A stretch of DNA of 63,431 bases, filler included, from Octopus bimaculoides (lineage: Eukaryota), in assembly GCF_001194135.2 (NCBI RefSeq). It is 6 parts of 5 records of this genome, joined end to end, with 100 filler letters (N's around TTAATTAATTAA, not from the genome) between each part and the next. Parts side by side here need not be neighbours in the genome. Positions count along the whole stretch, not along the records: positions 1 to 15,670 come from NC_068987.1; 5 more parts are not named here. One strand, written 5' to 3'. The translations under genes were made by a program, and so were the position numbers. Below the pieces are notes generated by a model, which did not search any database, was not told the origin of the DNA, and was given only the letters and a program-made list of their open reading frames with translations. The number at the start of each line of letters is the position of its first letter. The stretch's first letter is position 1. Positions 1 through 12,674 of this stretch are shown here, one piece after another.

Positions 1-45
1 TATACATTAAGTGCCGACTACATAAACAAACGATTCTGAAACAAT

Positions 46-95
46 TAACCCTAACCCTAACCCTAGGGTTAGGGTTAGGATTAGGGTTAGGGTTA
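46..95. repeat. Short inverted telomere-like repeat (TAACCC)3 followed by about five TTAGGG units
   Basis: taaccctaaccctaaccc|tagggttagggttaggattagggttagggtta; palindromic centre CCCTAGGG; one TTAGGA variant. Confidence 0.85.
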
Positions 96-404
96 AAGCA
101 AATTTAAAATGAAAAAAGCTAATAAAACGAAGGTATGGAGATTAAATACGCTTTACATCGCTAATCAGCCAAAGGAGTAAATGTAAACAACTGAATACTT
201 GTCAGTGATTGGTTGAAATTATCGAAATAAGACAATTTTTTACATGAAATAAATTCGAATACAAAAATATTTTTCTGTTCTATAACACAAAATAGATAAG
301 TATACGAAGTTTGAAAGTCTTTCCGTACCAAAAACACTACGTAAAACATTAATGAAAAATGTGGCCCCCGTTTTAAAATAGATCCCCATTTTTTGTTTTC
401 GAAA

Positions 405-697
405 GCTTGGTAGTTATATCAGTGTTTTTTGCCGAACCGCTATGTTACGGGGACGTAACCACACCAGCACCGGTTGTCAAGCGGTGTCTTGGGGGTACAA
501 ACACAAAGACACACACACATAGATACATGCATGCATATACATGGTGGGCTTCTTTCAGTTTCCGTCTACCAAATCCAGTCTCAAGGCTTTGGTCAGCCAG
601 AGGCTATAGCAGAAGGCACTTACCCAAGGTGCCAAGCAGTGGGACTGAACCAGGAACCATGTGGTTGAGAAACAAACGTCTTACCACACAGCCACGC
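405..697 (-). mobile_element. tRNA-derived SINE, family A (A/B-box head, central microsatellite, conserved tail)
   Basis: Minus strand begins gcgtggctgtgtggtaagacgtttg...ggttcctggttcagtcccactg (A and B boxes); the same head and tail recur more than 10 times in the window. Confidence 0.85.
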
Positions 698-1502
698 TAA
701 TTTTTCTGGGCTTTTTAAAAAAATATTTATTTGGTTGCTTGCCAGAATCGGTGGAGCGCCCGATAAAATGCCTTGTTTCATTTTCTTACATTCCCTTACA
801 TACCAGGTTCAAAACTCACTCGGGTCGATTGTACCTTTTCTTTTCTTTGTGGGTCGATGATTTAAGATAAAATATTAGCTTTTATTAAAACTAAAAAAAT
901 GATTACAAGTCATTACTTCTATTCGTTATTTCTTGTTATTTCTATTAAAGATAGAAAAAACAACTCAATTATTTTATCCTTAGTTGCAATATTTTAAGTA
1001 AAAATTTTCTTGTTCTGTACTTTACCAGATTTAATAACTTGTCCTGAATTTTTCCAAGTGTAACAGCTTGTCCCGTACTTTTCCAGTTTTATAATCTTAA
1101 GAATATTATTCTCTTGCTCGCATTTTTCCATGTCATCCATGTTTTTTCCAGGCTATGCTATTATGCTAATTAATAATGTGTCAAATGTGTCAATTAGCGG
1201 TGTTGTTGATAATTTTTTCCTTACCTCATTGATGCCGGTGACATATCAAAAGTTCCCTAGAACTATATTCATTTTAAAAAAATGTATAGAACTATATTAT
1301 CACCCTCAAATTTGAGAAACAAACACTCATAACTTTTTTTCTTTTAAAACTTCATTGCATGAGATTGATACCACGAAATTCCTCGAATTGAGCTCTCGTT
1401 AAAATATAATTTACTGAAGCAAAAATAATTGCAGCGTGGAAGGTGTTTATAAGCCATTTAAAAACACACAAAAATTGTTAGATACACTTCAACATTTAAA
1501 TT

Positions 1503-1735
1503 TAATTTGCCTCAGTCCACTCAGCTCCCAAAAATAAGTTGTACCTGCATTTCAAAGGGCCAGCCTTGTCAAATTCTTTGTCATGCTGAATTTCCCTATG
1601 AACTAAGTTTAAGGCACACGTGTCTGTTGGGTACTCAGCCACTTGCGCGTTAATTTCCCGAGTAGGCTGTTCAGTTGATCGGGTCAAGTGGAATACTCAT
1701 CGTCACAACCGACGGAGAGCCAGTTGACTCACAGT
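1503..1735 (+). mobile_element. SINE family C, 3' part
   Basis: cagtccactcagct...gggccagccttgtca...tactcagccacttg matches the copies at 54935-55190 (+) and 16400-16640 (-). Confidence 0.75.
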
Positions 1736-2070
1736 CGAAATATTTCATGCAGGAAGTAATAAATGTTATGATACATTTCAAGTACTAATCTGCTGTTAGC
1801 AATTCACAGTAGTACAACGTATTACACTGTAGCACACCATAATATACAGAAATACAACATCATCTACATTGACATACAGTAATACGCCGTAATACGCCGA
1901 ATGGGACGATTTGGCACGGCTGACTGGCGCATTCAGTTTCTTTTGGCGACACTACATTTTGGCGCTGGAGGTAAATACACGAAATTAAACACATTCAGGG
2001 TCCGATAAAATATAGTACCAATCAAGTAGTGGAGTGGGGTGTTGTGGGTCATTGTATCGAGTTACTCCCT

Positions 2071-2106
<36 letters not shown>

Positions 2107-2691
2107 NNNNNNNNNNNNNNNNNNNNNNNNNNNNNNNNNNNNNNNNNNNNNNNNNNNNNNNNNNNNNNNNNNNNNNNNNNNNNNNNNNNNNNNNNNNNNN
2201 NNNNNNNNNNNNNNNNNNNNNNNNNNNNNNNNNNNNNNNNNNNNNNNNNNNNNNNNNNNNNNNNNNNNNNNNNNNNNNNNNNNNNNNNNNNNNNNNNNNN
2301 NNNNNNNNNNNNNNNNNNNNNNNNNNNNNNNNNNNNNNNNNNNNNNNNNNNNNNNNNNNNNNNNNNNNNNNNNNNNNNNNNNNNNNNNNNNNNNNNNNNN
2401 NNNNNNNNNNNNNNNNNNNNNNNNNNNNNNNNNNNNNNNNNNNNNNNNNNNNNNNNNNNNNNNNNNNNNNNNNNNNNNNNNNNNNNNNNNNNNNNNNNNN
2501 NNNNNNNNNNNNNNNNNNNNNNNNNNNNNNNNNNNNNNNNNNNNNNNNNNNNNNNNNNNNNNNNNNNNNNNNNNNNNNNNNNNNNNNNNNNNNNNNNNNN
2601 NNNNNNNNNNNNNNNNNNNNNNNNNNNNNNNNNNNNNNNNNNNNNNNNNNNNNNNNNCTTCCTTTCCCGAGCGTCCAATAACACTATTTTT

Positions 2692-2734
<43 letters not shown>

Positions 2735-3022
2735 CTGAAAGAATAAATAGAGCCAAAAGTAAGATGGAGTACGATTCGACAGCTGTTAATGACCACTACA
2801 CGTGTTTCGATACAACATAGATCCATATATATACAGGATTTCAATTTAGATTAAGAAACGGTTTACCTGTATAATAGGACCTAGTTGTATTTCCTCAGGT
2901 TATATATAATTGCTGTCTCCGTAAATAAATATTTGATTTCGATGCTATCGCATCCAACTGACTCTGTATGTGTGTGTGCGTGTATGTGTCTATGTGCGCG
3001 CGCGCATGATTATGCATATATA

Positions 3023-3046
3023 GTCTTACAGCTGTTTCTGGGATAT
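3023..3046 (-). ncRNA. 3' half of a minimal hammerhead-like motif (relic)
   Basis: Minus strand atatcccaGAAACAGCTGTAagac, nearly identical to the motif at 4383-4429; the 5' CUGAUGA half is missing. Confidence 0.4.
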
Positions 3047-3055
3047 TATGGATAT

Positions 3056-3113
3056 GGAGGAGGAGGAGAAGAAGAAGAAGAAGAAGAAGAAGAAGAAGAA
3101 GAAGAAGAAGAAG

Positions 3114-3145
<32 letters not shown>

Positions 3146-3146
3146 C
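3056..3146 (+). repeat. Compound trinucleotide microsatellite (GGA)n(GAA)n(CAA)n
   Basis: Seen directly; produces the spurious poly-G/E/Q ORF 2885-3247. Confidence 0.95.
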
Positions 3147-3491
3147 CCCACAGCAATAATTGTTGTTTGGATCCTGAAAACGCTGTTTGTGCTTTGAGGA
3201 TCGACAAAATTTGTTTTTGTTTTACAGTAATGTCAGCAAAGCAATAACGTAATTAATTGGAAATGTCAGAATAAAACTCTAATTACTGATATAATTACCA
3301 TTCCGTGATGTCCTAATTATACATCGGTCAAAGTTCTGTTATATTTAGGTGAGAGGGACTTGAACGCGCAACTTTCAATTACTGCTGACGGGCAATTAAC
3401 TTTATTTGCTCCGTTACTACTCTTGTGGTACGCATTAACGCCACAGACTCTCAAAGATGACCCCCTATTCTAGTAGATTCTCCAGATATAG

Positions 3492-3545
<54 letters not shown>

Positions 3546-3786
3546 ATGCATGTATGTAAATTTATATGTTTTTGTCCCCCACCACCGCCTAGCAGCCAGT
3601 GTTGGTGTGTTTACGTCCCCGAAACTTCGCAGTTCAGCAAAAGTAACCGATTTATTAAGTACTGAAGTCGATTCATTCGACTAAAATAAATTCTGCAAGG
3701 CGTTGCCCCAGCATGGCCGCAGTTTAATGACTGGGACAAGTAAAAATATAAAAGAGAATCCATTCAACTCAAAACTAACTGAAAAC

Positions 3787-3847
<61 letters not shown>

Positions 3848-4041
3848 GTTATATTGTTGTTGTTGTTGTTGTTGATGTTGTTAATTCCTCGTCTTGCACC
3901 ATTATTGTGATTATTTACCAAAATATTTATTTATCTGTTGGCACAAATTTGTTTCACCTGATCAAAGCTGAAGGGGAAAACGAGGCGGCGACAATTCTCG
4001 GTCAGCGTCTCTGATTCGAAAAAAACTTATTCGTCACTACA

Positions 4042-4081
4042 ATGACGTCACCACATCCGACACCGCGAGAACTAAATCATG
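4042..4081 (+). CDS. Candidate first coding exon (MTSPHPTPRELNH + phase-1 donor), gene unknown
   Basis: acaATG start in a CpG-rich patch, open to a consensus donor CATG|GTAAGT at 4081/4082; no partner exon found. Confidence 0.25.
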
Positions 4082-4382
4082 GTAAGTAACTCTCAAACGT
4101 TTATTTAAAAGTTATTTCCCCTTTAAGGATGTTTATCCTTTATTTTATTTTTATTTGTTTCGATCATTGGACTGCGGCCATGCCGGGGCATTGCCTTGAA
4201 AGATTTTAGATGAATAAATCGCCCCCAGTGCTTAGTTTTCCTAAAAACCTGGTACCCATTCTATCAGTCTCTTTTGTCGAACAGCGAAGTTGTGAGAACA
4301 CTGATTGTCAAGTAGTGGTGGTAATTAACAGAATGAGATAAAAATCCAAGGCTGTGAAAGATTTCAGAATATTTATAAAAAG

Positions 4383-4429
4383 GTCTTACAGCTGTTTCCG
4401 GGATATTTTATATATCTCTACATCGGAGA
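4383..4429 (-). ncRNA. Degenerate minimal type I hammerhead ribozyme motif (Penelope-like-element style)
   Basis: UCU-CCGAUGU-A-GAGAUAU..AUAUCCC-G-GAAAC-AGCU-GUA-AGA: stem I 3 bp, stem II 6/7 bp, palindromic loop 3; two core mismatches versus CUGAUGA. Confidence 0.5.
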
Positions 4430-5329
4430 TGGTATGAGAAACCATTTTCTCACACAGTCTCCGATGAAGGAATACGGGATAGGGGTAATCGCATGGATAG
4501 TAGACGAACTCACAACCTTACGATCGAGAGTCGAATGTCGTGGCCACTAAGCCGCGCGCCTACAGTTGGCGACGCCTCATCAGCAGTGCAGCATTTGTCC
4601 ATCTTATTTGTAAATAGTAATGGCTAATTTAATTTATCTTAGAACATTCTTGATGAAAGGTAATCTACGTAATTAAAACTAACGTAATTAAAAAAATAAT
4701 AATAAGTTAAAAAGGGATCCCGTGACAGGAATCTGGGTGACAAACGTGATTAACATGGCGGCGGCCGTGGTGGCGGTGGTGGTGGTGGTGGTCGTCGTGG
4801 GCAGTTTACTGTTCCCGTGGAAGTAAATTAGAGTTATTTACCCTTAGCACTTTAATGAGGTGATTCCTTGAAATTACCTCCCCTTCTCATTTAGTGTTGC
4901 TATCAGCTATTTGTATATGTGTATATATGTATATGTATACCGACGAATATATATCTGTGTGTGTGTGTGTGTGTGTGTGTACACACACACACACATACAC
5001 ACAGATATATACATATATATATATATATATATATGTATCAACGACGCACATACGCGCGCATACGCACACGCATATACATAATCTGTATATATATTTGTCG
5101 ATGCTTTAATAATTAGCGAGATAATTATTTCTTGCTGTGTCATGTCTGTGTCGTTGGTCGTAGATATACACTGTTTTAGTACGAGACGGGATGGCCAAGG
5201 CTGGACCGTCTGTTGCGTGAAGCCTGACAAAATAACATCAACAAGGGAAGCGAAGCGTAACCAGCCTCAGAAGAGAAGATAGTGTGACTCAATACACCTG
5301 TCTGCTGTTTATTGTTTGACGCAACCCGC

Positions 5330-6130
5330 CTCTCCTCTCCCCAATGACCTCAGATGAAAGGCGTTCCAGCTGTGGCCTTCCTATCTTCTCTTACACCAGC
5401 TCCCTTTGCACTCTACAACCTCTCTTTCCCTCCCTCATCTTATCTTCCTCCCCTTCCTCCTCCGCCTCCTACTCCTCCCTCGCTTGCCTCATGCTAAATA
5501 ATGCTTCCCTCGCCTCGTTCTACTTAATTCGTTCTACTGCTCGCTCATTTCTTCTCTCCCCCTCCCTCTCTCTGTTTTCCTCTCTCTCTCTCTCTCTATT
5601 TAATCTTTTTCTCTTTCTCTTCTTATCCCATTCTGTTTGATATTCCTCTCTTCTTTTTCCTCACTCATCTTCTCTCTTTCTCTCTCCCCTCTACTTCTCC
5701 TTCCACCTCACTTCATTGATGTGTTCGCTCTCTCTCTCTCTCTCTCTCTCCCATCCTCATTTATTTTCCCCTCTCTCACTCCTACACACTCCTTCCCCTT
5801 CACGCACTTTCTCTTCCTCCCACTCTCTGTTTCCCTACCTCTTTCTTCTCTCTTCTTTTTCACGCACTTTCTTTCCCTCTCCCTCCCTCCCTCTCTCTTC
5901 GTTTCACCATTTTACGACCTTTTTCTTCTTCTTCCCTCTTTCCCTTCACGCACTTTCTATCTCTCCCTTTCTCTTTCTATTCTATTTTACTCCCTCCATT
6001 TCTCCTCTTCCCCTTCTTGCACTCACACCATTTCCCTCCCACTCTCTCCTCCTCTCTACTCCTCCCTGTCTATCTTTCTCTCTCTCTCACTCTCTCGGGC
6101 ATCAATGCCGCCGCTGTTTCTCGCTTCTCC
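5330..6130 (+). repeat. Pyrimidine-rich (CT) low-complexity tract of about 800 bp
   Basis: Almost purely C/T on the + strand, with a recurring cacgcactttct motif. Confidence 0.9.
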
Positions 6131-6441
6131 CATCTGATTGTCATCGTCCCCTCACGGCAACGATGTCGTCAGTTTAGCAGGATTTTCTTACATAACACCA
6201 TGGACAATAACGGAAGTCCCAAATCTTGGACAAAACTCGCTTTCTTGGTAGGTCGATCGTCTTTTGCCTCAACCATTCTTCCTTCTTCATCACAATGAAA
6301 TGTCTAAACCTCAAAAATTCCCTTCATTACTCACCAACATCTACACACACACACATACACACACACACACACACCGTCACTTTCATTTAACATTTAAATA
6401 TTTTACCTTCTCACTCATTATCATCATCATCATCATCATCC

Positions 6442-6492
<51 letters not shown>

Positions 6493-7888
6493 TGGGATAT
6501 GATTTTTTTATAATAGTGAGTTTGAAGTGAAAGAGAGACGTGAGGGAAAGAAAACGAAAGAGAAAGATAAGCAGAACAAAGCGTTATAAAATGCGTGTGT
6601 GTGTGTGTGTGTGGATTCGCGCACATACACATATGCGAGGTATATATTATGTGTGTGCGTATACACACATATGTGAGGTATATATATATATTAATATGAG
6701 TGTGAAAGGGAGTTCATAATGTAAATAATGTAAATATACCAGTCTATTCATTCAAAGGCAGTGCTAGTAACGGTGGCTGTGGTGGCTGTAATGGTGGTAC
6801 TTTTAGTGAGGCTAGTGGTGACTACGAAGAGGTAAGAGGCTGTAGTGAAGGTTGTAGTGGTGGTTGTGGTGGTGGTGTAGTGGCTGTAGTTGTGTTTGTC
6901 GTGATAGTAGTAGTGGTGGTGATGATGATGATGATGGCGAGACCTCCTCCCAACCTCCTTTCGCTCTCTCTCCCCCTTCACACAGACTTACATACACATA
7001 TGCAAACGTACCGATAGAAACACAGGTACACACACACATACACACACACGTTAGAGATTCTTTCTAAGTTTGAATGTTCAATGGTAAAAGGTGATTTCCA
7101 ACGTTAGAGAGAAAGATTTTAAAAATCCAGGACGGACCCTACTCGGCAAAACCGACCTTACTCCAGAAAATAAGATTCTAGTAAATAAAAGGGTCTCAAT
7201 CTTGGCAAGTAAGGTAGGGCCTAGATCGGAATTGCTACTAAGACCACCCCAGACACATACAACCCCAGCACAGAACATCACAGACCCTTACAAAGTGCCC
7301 CAGCATTATCACATATCTCTGTAGACTATCTTAGAACACCATCGACCACATCAGATTTCCAGTTACTGTTAAAGGCTACCACCGACGACTTCTTGCCATC
7401 ATACACAATCACGTAACCCCTTAGATCCCCCACAAACCAACTCGGGCCAATAGACTGCACTACACATCATCACGGACCACCACGGGCCACTAGCGATCGC
7501 CATACCCAAACTCAAATCACCAATCACCATCACAAGCTCACGCGGATCCTCATAAATCACCGTCGCCTCACGCCATCGCGCACCGCTGCAGATCACCACA
7601 CAACACTATGGACCTATCAGACCATCATCATCATCGTCGTCATCATAACCGCCACCACCACCACCATCGTCCATCATAGTTCGTTTCATTTCTTTTCGGA
7701 TTCTGGTATATTCCATTTGTAATTACTACCAGATTGTCATTCTTTTGACTCATCTTTNNNNNNNNNNNNNNNNNNNNNNNNNNNNNNNNNNNNNNNNNNN
7801 NNNNNNNNNNNNNNNNNNNNNNNNNNNNNNNNNNNNNNNNNNNNNNNNNNNNNNNNNNNNNNNNNNNNNNNNNNNNNNNNNNNNNNNN

Positions 7889-7938
<50 letters not shown>

Positions 7939-8367
7939 CGACCCCATAATGACGTGTTGCGAGAAAGTATAGCCGAGATTTCCTAAACCGACCGTGTGTA
8001 ATATCTCCATAGACGCAAATATATAGTTTTATGTGTATATGCGTGTGTATATGTGTGTGTATAAGTGTGTATATGCGGTATATAGATGTGTTTATATATA
8101 TGTGTGTGTGTAGGATTATATGCGTGTGTGTATAGTGTGTGAGTGTATATATATATGTATGTATGTATGTATGCGTGTGTTCGTATATGACGAAAGTTTA
8201 CCAATGCGATTAAGAACGAGGGCCATTGTGTGGGCCGCACGCGGCTCTTGAATTTCCGATGTGCGGCGACACCTAACGTAATAATTGGGTTTCGGTGCCA
8301 TTTATCCTAATACACAATTGTTTAGATATTCAGGAACAAAGGATTCTTCAGAATATGTAACCTGTAC

Positions 8368-8398
<31 letters not shown>

Positions 8399-9876
8399 TA
8401 TATATATGTTCCGTTACTTAATAAATGAAAAACTGTGTATACGTTGTACGTTTTTCATCCTTTTGTTGTTTATTTACAACACATTTTTTTCATTTAAATA
8501 TACATNNNNNNNNNNNNNNNNNNNNNNNNNNNNNNNNNNNNNNNNNNNNNNNNNNNNNNNNNNNNNNNNNNNNNNNNNNNNNNNNNNNNNNNNNNNNNNN
8601 NNNNNNNNNNNNNNNNNNNNNNNNNNNNNNNNNNNNNNNNNNNNNNNNNNNNNNNNNNNNNNNNNNNNNNNNNNNNNNNNNNNNNNNNNNNNNNNNNNNN
8701 NNNNNNNNNNNNNNNNNNNNNNNNNNNNNNNNNNNNNNNNNNNNNNNNNNNNNNNNNNNNNNNNNNNNNNNNNNNNNNNNNNNNNNNNNNNNNNNNNNNN
8801 NNNNNNNNNNNNNNNNNNNNNNNNNNNNNNNNNNNNNNNNNNNNNNNNNNNNNNNNNNNNNNNNNNNNNNNNNNNNNNNNNNNNNNNNNNNNNNNTATAT
8901 ATATATATATATATATATGTGTATATATGTATTCTATACACAGGTGTATTTTATACAGATAGGTGTGTGTATATATATATATATAAATATATGTATGTAT
9001 GTGTGTGTATATATATATATATGTGTGCCACTGGCGGTGCTCCAGCATGGCCACAGCGTCAAGGCTGAAACAAAAGAATAAAAGAATATTTATATATATT
9101 TCTATATAGATAGATAGATACATACATACATACATACACACACACACGTGTATGTGTGTTAGTGGGTATGTGTGTGCGTGTGTTATTGTGTGTGTGTGAA
9201 TGCACAGTCTTCATGCATATACTGCGGATGGTGGTGGTGATGGGAGGGCGGGGGCGCGGAACATCTAAAGTACTTTTCAGTTATGTCTGATTGCTACAAG
9301 ACAACCGATAGACGAAGGAAAAGAGAAAGAAAAAAACAAAGCGATCCACCGACATCGTTCTCTGCATTTTCTTCCTCGCTCTCCCTCTCCATTCCATCCC
9401 TCTCCTTCTCCGTCTCCCCTGCTTTCATTGCGGCATCAAAGCCTGAAATGATTGAACTGCTGCTGCTGTTGTTGTTGTTGTTGTTGTTGTTGTTGTAATG
9501 CAGTGACTTGTGTCTTCACACTGTAAACATCAGTCTGAAGAAATGGTATAAAAAAGAAGTCTTTTCGTTGTTTTACTTCCTGTCTGTCTGTCTGTCTTTT
9601 GTTTGCTGAGTAGAGAAGACCCACGAAGCAGTGGCTCTCATCAATTCTTTATCTGTCTCTCTCTTGTGTGCGTTCGTAGAGCCGCTCCTACTGCTAGAAA
9701 TAGCAACCGAATCACCGCTTACTCTCTTAGATACAGAAGGCCTCGTTAGACTATATCTTTGTGTATATATGTATGTATGTGCGTACGCATGTATGCATGT
9801 ATGTGTGTGCGTGTCTAGTTATGAACATATATGTATATTTATATGTATGTATATACACACACACACACACACATAC

Positions 9877-9917
<41 letters not shown>

Positions 9918-9947
9918 TCTGTGTGTGTAGATAGACCGGCAGGTAGG

Positions 9948-9979
<32 letters not shown>

Positions 9980-10589
9980 CGGACGGACAGGTAGGTAGGT
10001 AGGTAGGTAGATGGATAGATAGACTAAATATTTATAGACAGACAGACAAGGTGGTCCACGTTGGCACGACGTTCCTCCTAATTTTGTTCAACCAAGACAT
10101 ACTCGTAACTAAACACAACCACTTATACACACATGCATACAATCTCATGTACGTGAATATGAATATGTTTGGACACGGTGTTGATGTATTCGTACATATG
10201 GACGTCTACGTTGTGCATTAGATATGAGCGAATATATAAACGTGTGTCTGTGTCTGTGTGTGTGTGTGTGATTTCGCTTGCCAGTCTCCTCCTCCTCCTC
10301 CTCCTCCGCTCCTGCTGTCATTCTTCTCTTCACGCCCTCTCCTACCATCCCACCTACACAATTTTGTTTCCAGTAGATTCTCTGTCCAAGACAACGGAAA
10401 ATACACACACATTTATTTGCGTATGTATCTGTGTGTGTGTGCGTGTGTGCACGCGCGTAGACAGATAATTGTTGCTGTAATGATCAGTTCAACATATCTC
10501 TATCGATGTGATACTTGGACACATCGTCAGTGATGTATCCTTGGGTTACTGGTGGTTTCGGATCTTACAACAAACTCACTCATCTAGGA

Positions 10590-12170
10590 GATCCGATCTA
10601 GGTTGATTAACCCCTAAGTCTGTGTCCATGCAGCGTTCTGCTAACCGCACCGATCACCTCTTTTCAACCAGAGCCATCTAAAGGCTTTCTCAGCAGCTTC
10701 TACATTGTTCTTGAAGACTCCTCTGCCTCTTCCTGTAATGCCCAGAGTTCCTCAGACCTTACTCAGGTACAAACACTCAGCTGATAAATACCTCATTTTC
10801 CACCTAGTTTTGAGACAGTTCTCCACAAATTCTTGGCACTGAAATTTCGTTCTCTTTTGTATCTCCTTCAACCTCTCTTCTCAGACCATATTTAGCTCCA
10901 ATAGAATCAGCTGCCTTGTTGTCTTGAAAACCAAAATCATATCTAGTCTCAACATGATCTGGGTGATATGACTAGAAATTATGGTTTGTTTCTCCAAATC
11001 AGTTTCCATTACTCAGTGCTGTGCTGTGGTGAGTAAACACTCAGAGTTGTTCTTGGGTCTCTTCCTCAGCCACTCTCCCTCCTTGGCTATCTTTCTAACT
11101 GTTGTGTAAGCATTTTTGCGTTCAATTTTCCCTTGTTGACTACCCTAGTGATGACCTCAAGGACCTGATCGTGTCTCCAGTGATAGCGGCCTTCACTCAG
11201 TACCCTATGCGGCCGATTAGGATGTATTTGAGGGCCCTTGCCTCAGAACACAGAATGATCCTTTGCGGGTTTCACTTCCGGCTGTTCTGCCTGGTGACAT
11301 TCCACTCCACTCCGCTGTTCCCACTTCATCCAGCCCCACCTCAGCTTCTGCATCGTTACAAAACTGTTTTGCCCATTCCTGCCATTGAATTTCACACCTC
11401 CTTCTCTAGCTTCCACCTTTCCTTCCTGCCAGCCGTGTCATTTGACGTTGTCGTAGCACTTCCGAATCTGGCCTTACCCTGTTGAGCATTCCTTGTGTTT
11501 CGGCCGCTCCACTGCCTGCAAGACTGCCTCAGCTGCTTTCTACTTCTTCCTTGTTCTCATTGCAATCCCAAGACCAGACACTGGAACTGGTGCATTGCAG
11601 GTTTTTCATGAACCCGTGATACCGTGAATTCTTCCTTGACAGAAACGAAGGGGAATCCTAATCTCGCAGCCTCTGCACAGCCTGATGCCGCTCAAACTGC
11701 GGGGCAAACCCAGCCATCTACGAACATGGTCGCTCTTTATATGCTCCAAGCCCTCCACTACTGTCATGGGGCTTTCATACGTGACTAGAAGATTCTCAGG
11801 AGGATCCTATGCTCGTAGACCCAAACTTTGAATCTTCTTAGTAATTCAGGCTTCTCTACAGCCCTCAACCAGTTCTCCAACTCTGCTCTAATCACTTTTA
11901 TGGAGATCTTTCCAACATGGATTCTTCCCTGCTTTCTTCTGTGACAGACGGAATCTGCTCTTCTTCCACTTTGAAGTAGAATCTGTTGGTGACTTTTTTC
12001 TTTTTTCAAACCCTTACACTGGGATTTTGGCGGTTTAAAACTCATCTGCACTCACACCATGGGCTTCTCTAACTCGTGGTGGACCCAGCTGGTTCTCGAC
12101 ACAGTTGTTGTCGTTGTGAAGTTTTCGTTGAAGAATCTGATGGGTGGCAGCCTTACTTCTGTCTTACCCC
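10590..12170 (-). mobile_element. Degenerate RLE non-LTR retrotransposon (R2 group, HERO-like), RT C-terminus to endonuclease
   Basis: Minus-strand fragments MSFKPPKS, WLRAVEKPELLRRFKVWVYEHRIL, RRWLGLP, RYHWRHDQVL, LDMILVFKTTRQLILLEL and AAEKAFRWLWLKRG in the expected order; many stops and frameshifts. Confidence 0.75.
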
Positions 12171-12674
12171 GTAACTTTGCGGTTCGTCAAAAGAGACTGG
12201 CGGCGATAGAATAAGTACCAGGCTACATCAAACAATAAATCCTGGAGTCGATTCCTTCCGATTAAAACTTTTCAAGGCAGTGCCCCAGCGTGACTGAAAC
12301 AAATAAAAAAAAATTAAATTAAAATTAATTTCTTTAAAAACTTGAACCGTTTTTCCAAGAAGCAATTTCAATCTCTTGCGAAATAATTTTTTAACCAAAC
12401 TTCGCAACAGGGGAGTCTGGAAATCTTTGGTCTAATGTGTGGCTTAGGAACGGAATCGAAAATGTTCATGGGCTATTTATAGAATTTCTTGGAACTTTCC
12501 ATAAAAAGACTCAGAAAATCCAAAGTTGTGGCCTTTTAACTTCACTTTGACGCCATCTGTTAACTCTTAGCTCAGATATTTGTTGTTAAATGGACATGAA
12601 ATGATTTTGACACAATAGTATTCATCACCATCATCATCATCATCATCATCATCATCGTCATCGTCATCATCAAC

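Noticed and set aside
46-95. Telomere or telomere-fusion site
   Set aside because: Only about 50 bp long, and the orientation is opposite to an end-to-end fusion.
620-697. tRNA genes at SINE heads (here and at 28441, 35160, 37440, 54935)
   Set aside because: A/B boxes are present, but there is no complete cloverleaf and each continues into a multicopy SINE body.
2029-2734. Long ORFs spanning N runs (also at 8.4, 26.1, 33.1, 37.5, 53.8, 56.8 and 58.2 kb)
   Set aside because: They are open only because N codons contain no stops.
2885-6981. Homopolymer and dipeptide ORFs (poly-E/Q, YIYI, CVCV, HTHT, SL-rich)
   Set aside because: Translations of microsatellites and low-complexity tracts.
7091-7324. 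77-aa non-repetitive ORF
   Set aside because: No recognisable motif and no convincing acceptor; cannot be supported as coding.
9631-9912. ORF with a possible acceptor near 9680
   Set aside because: Runs into microsatellite with no good donor and no recognisable product.
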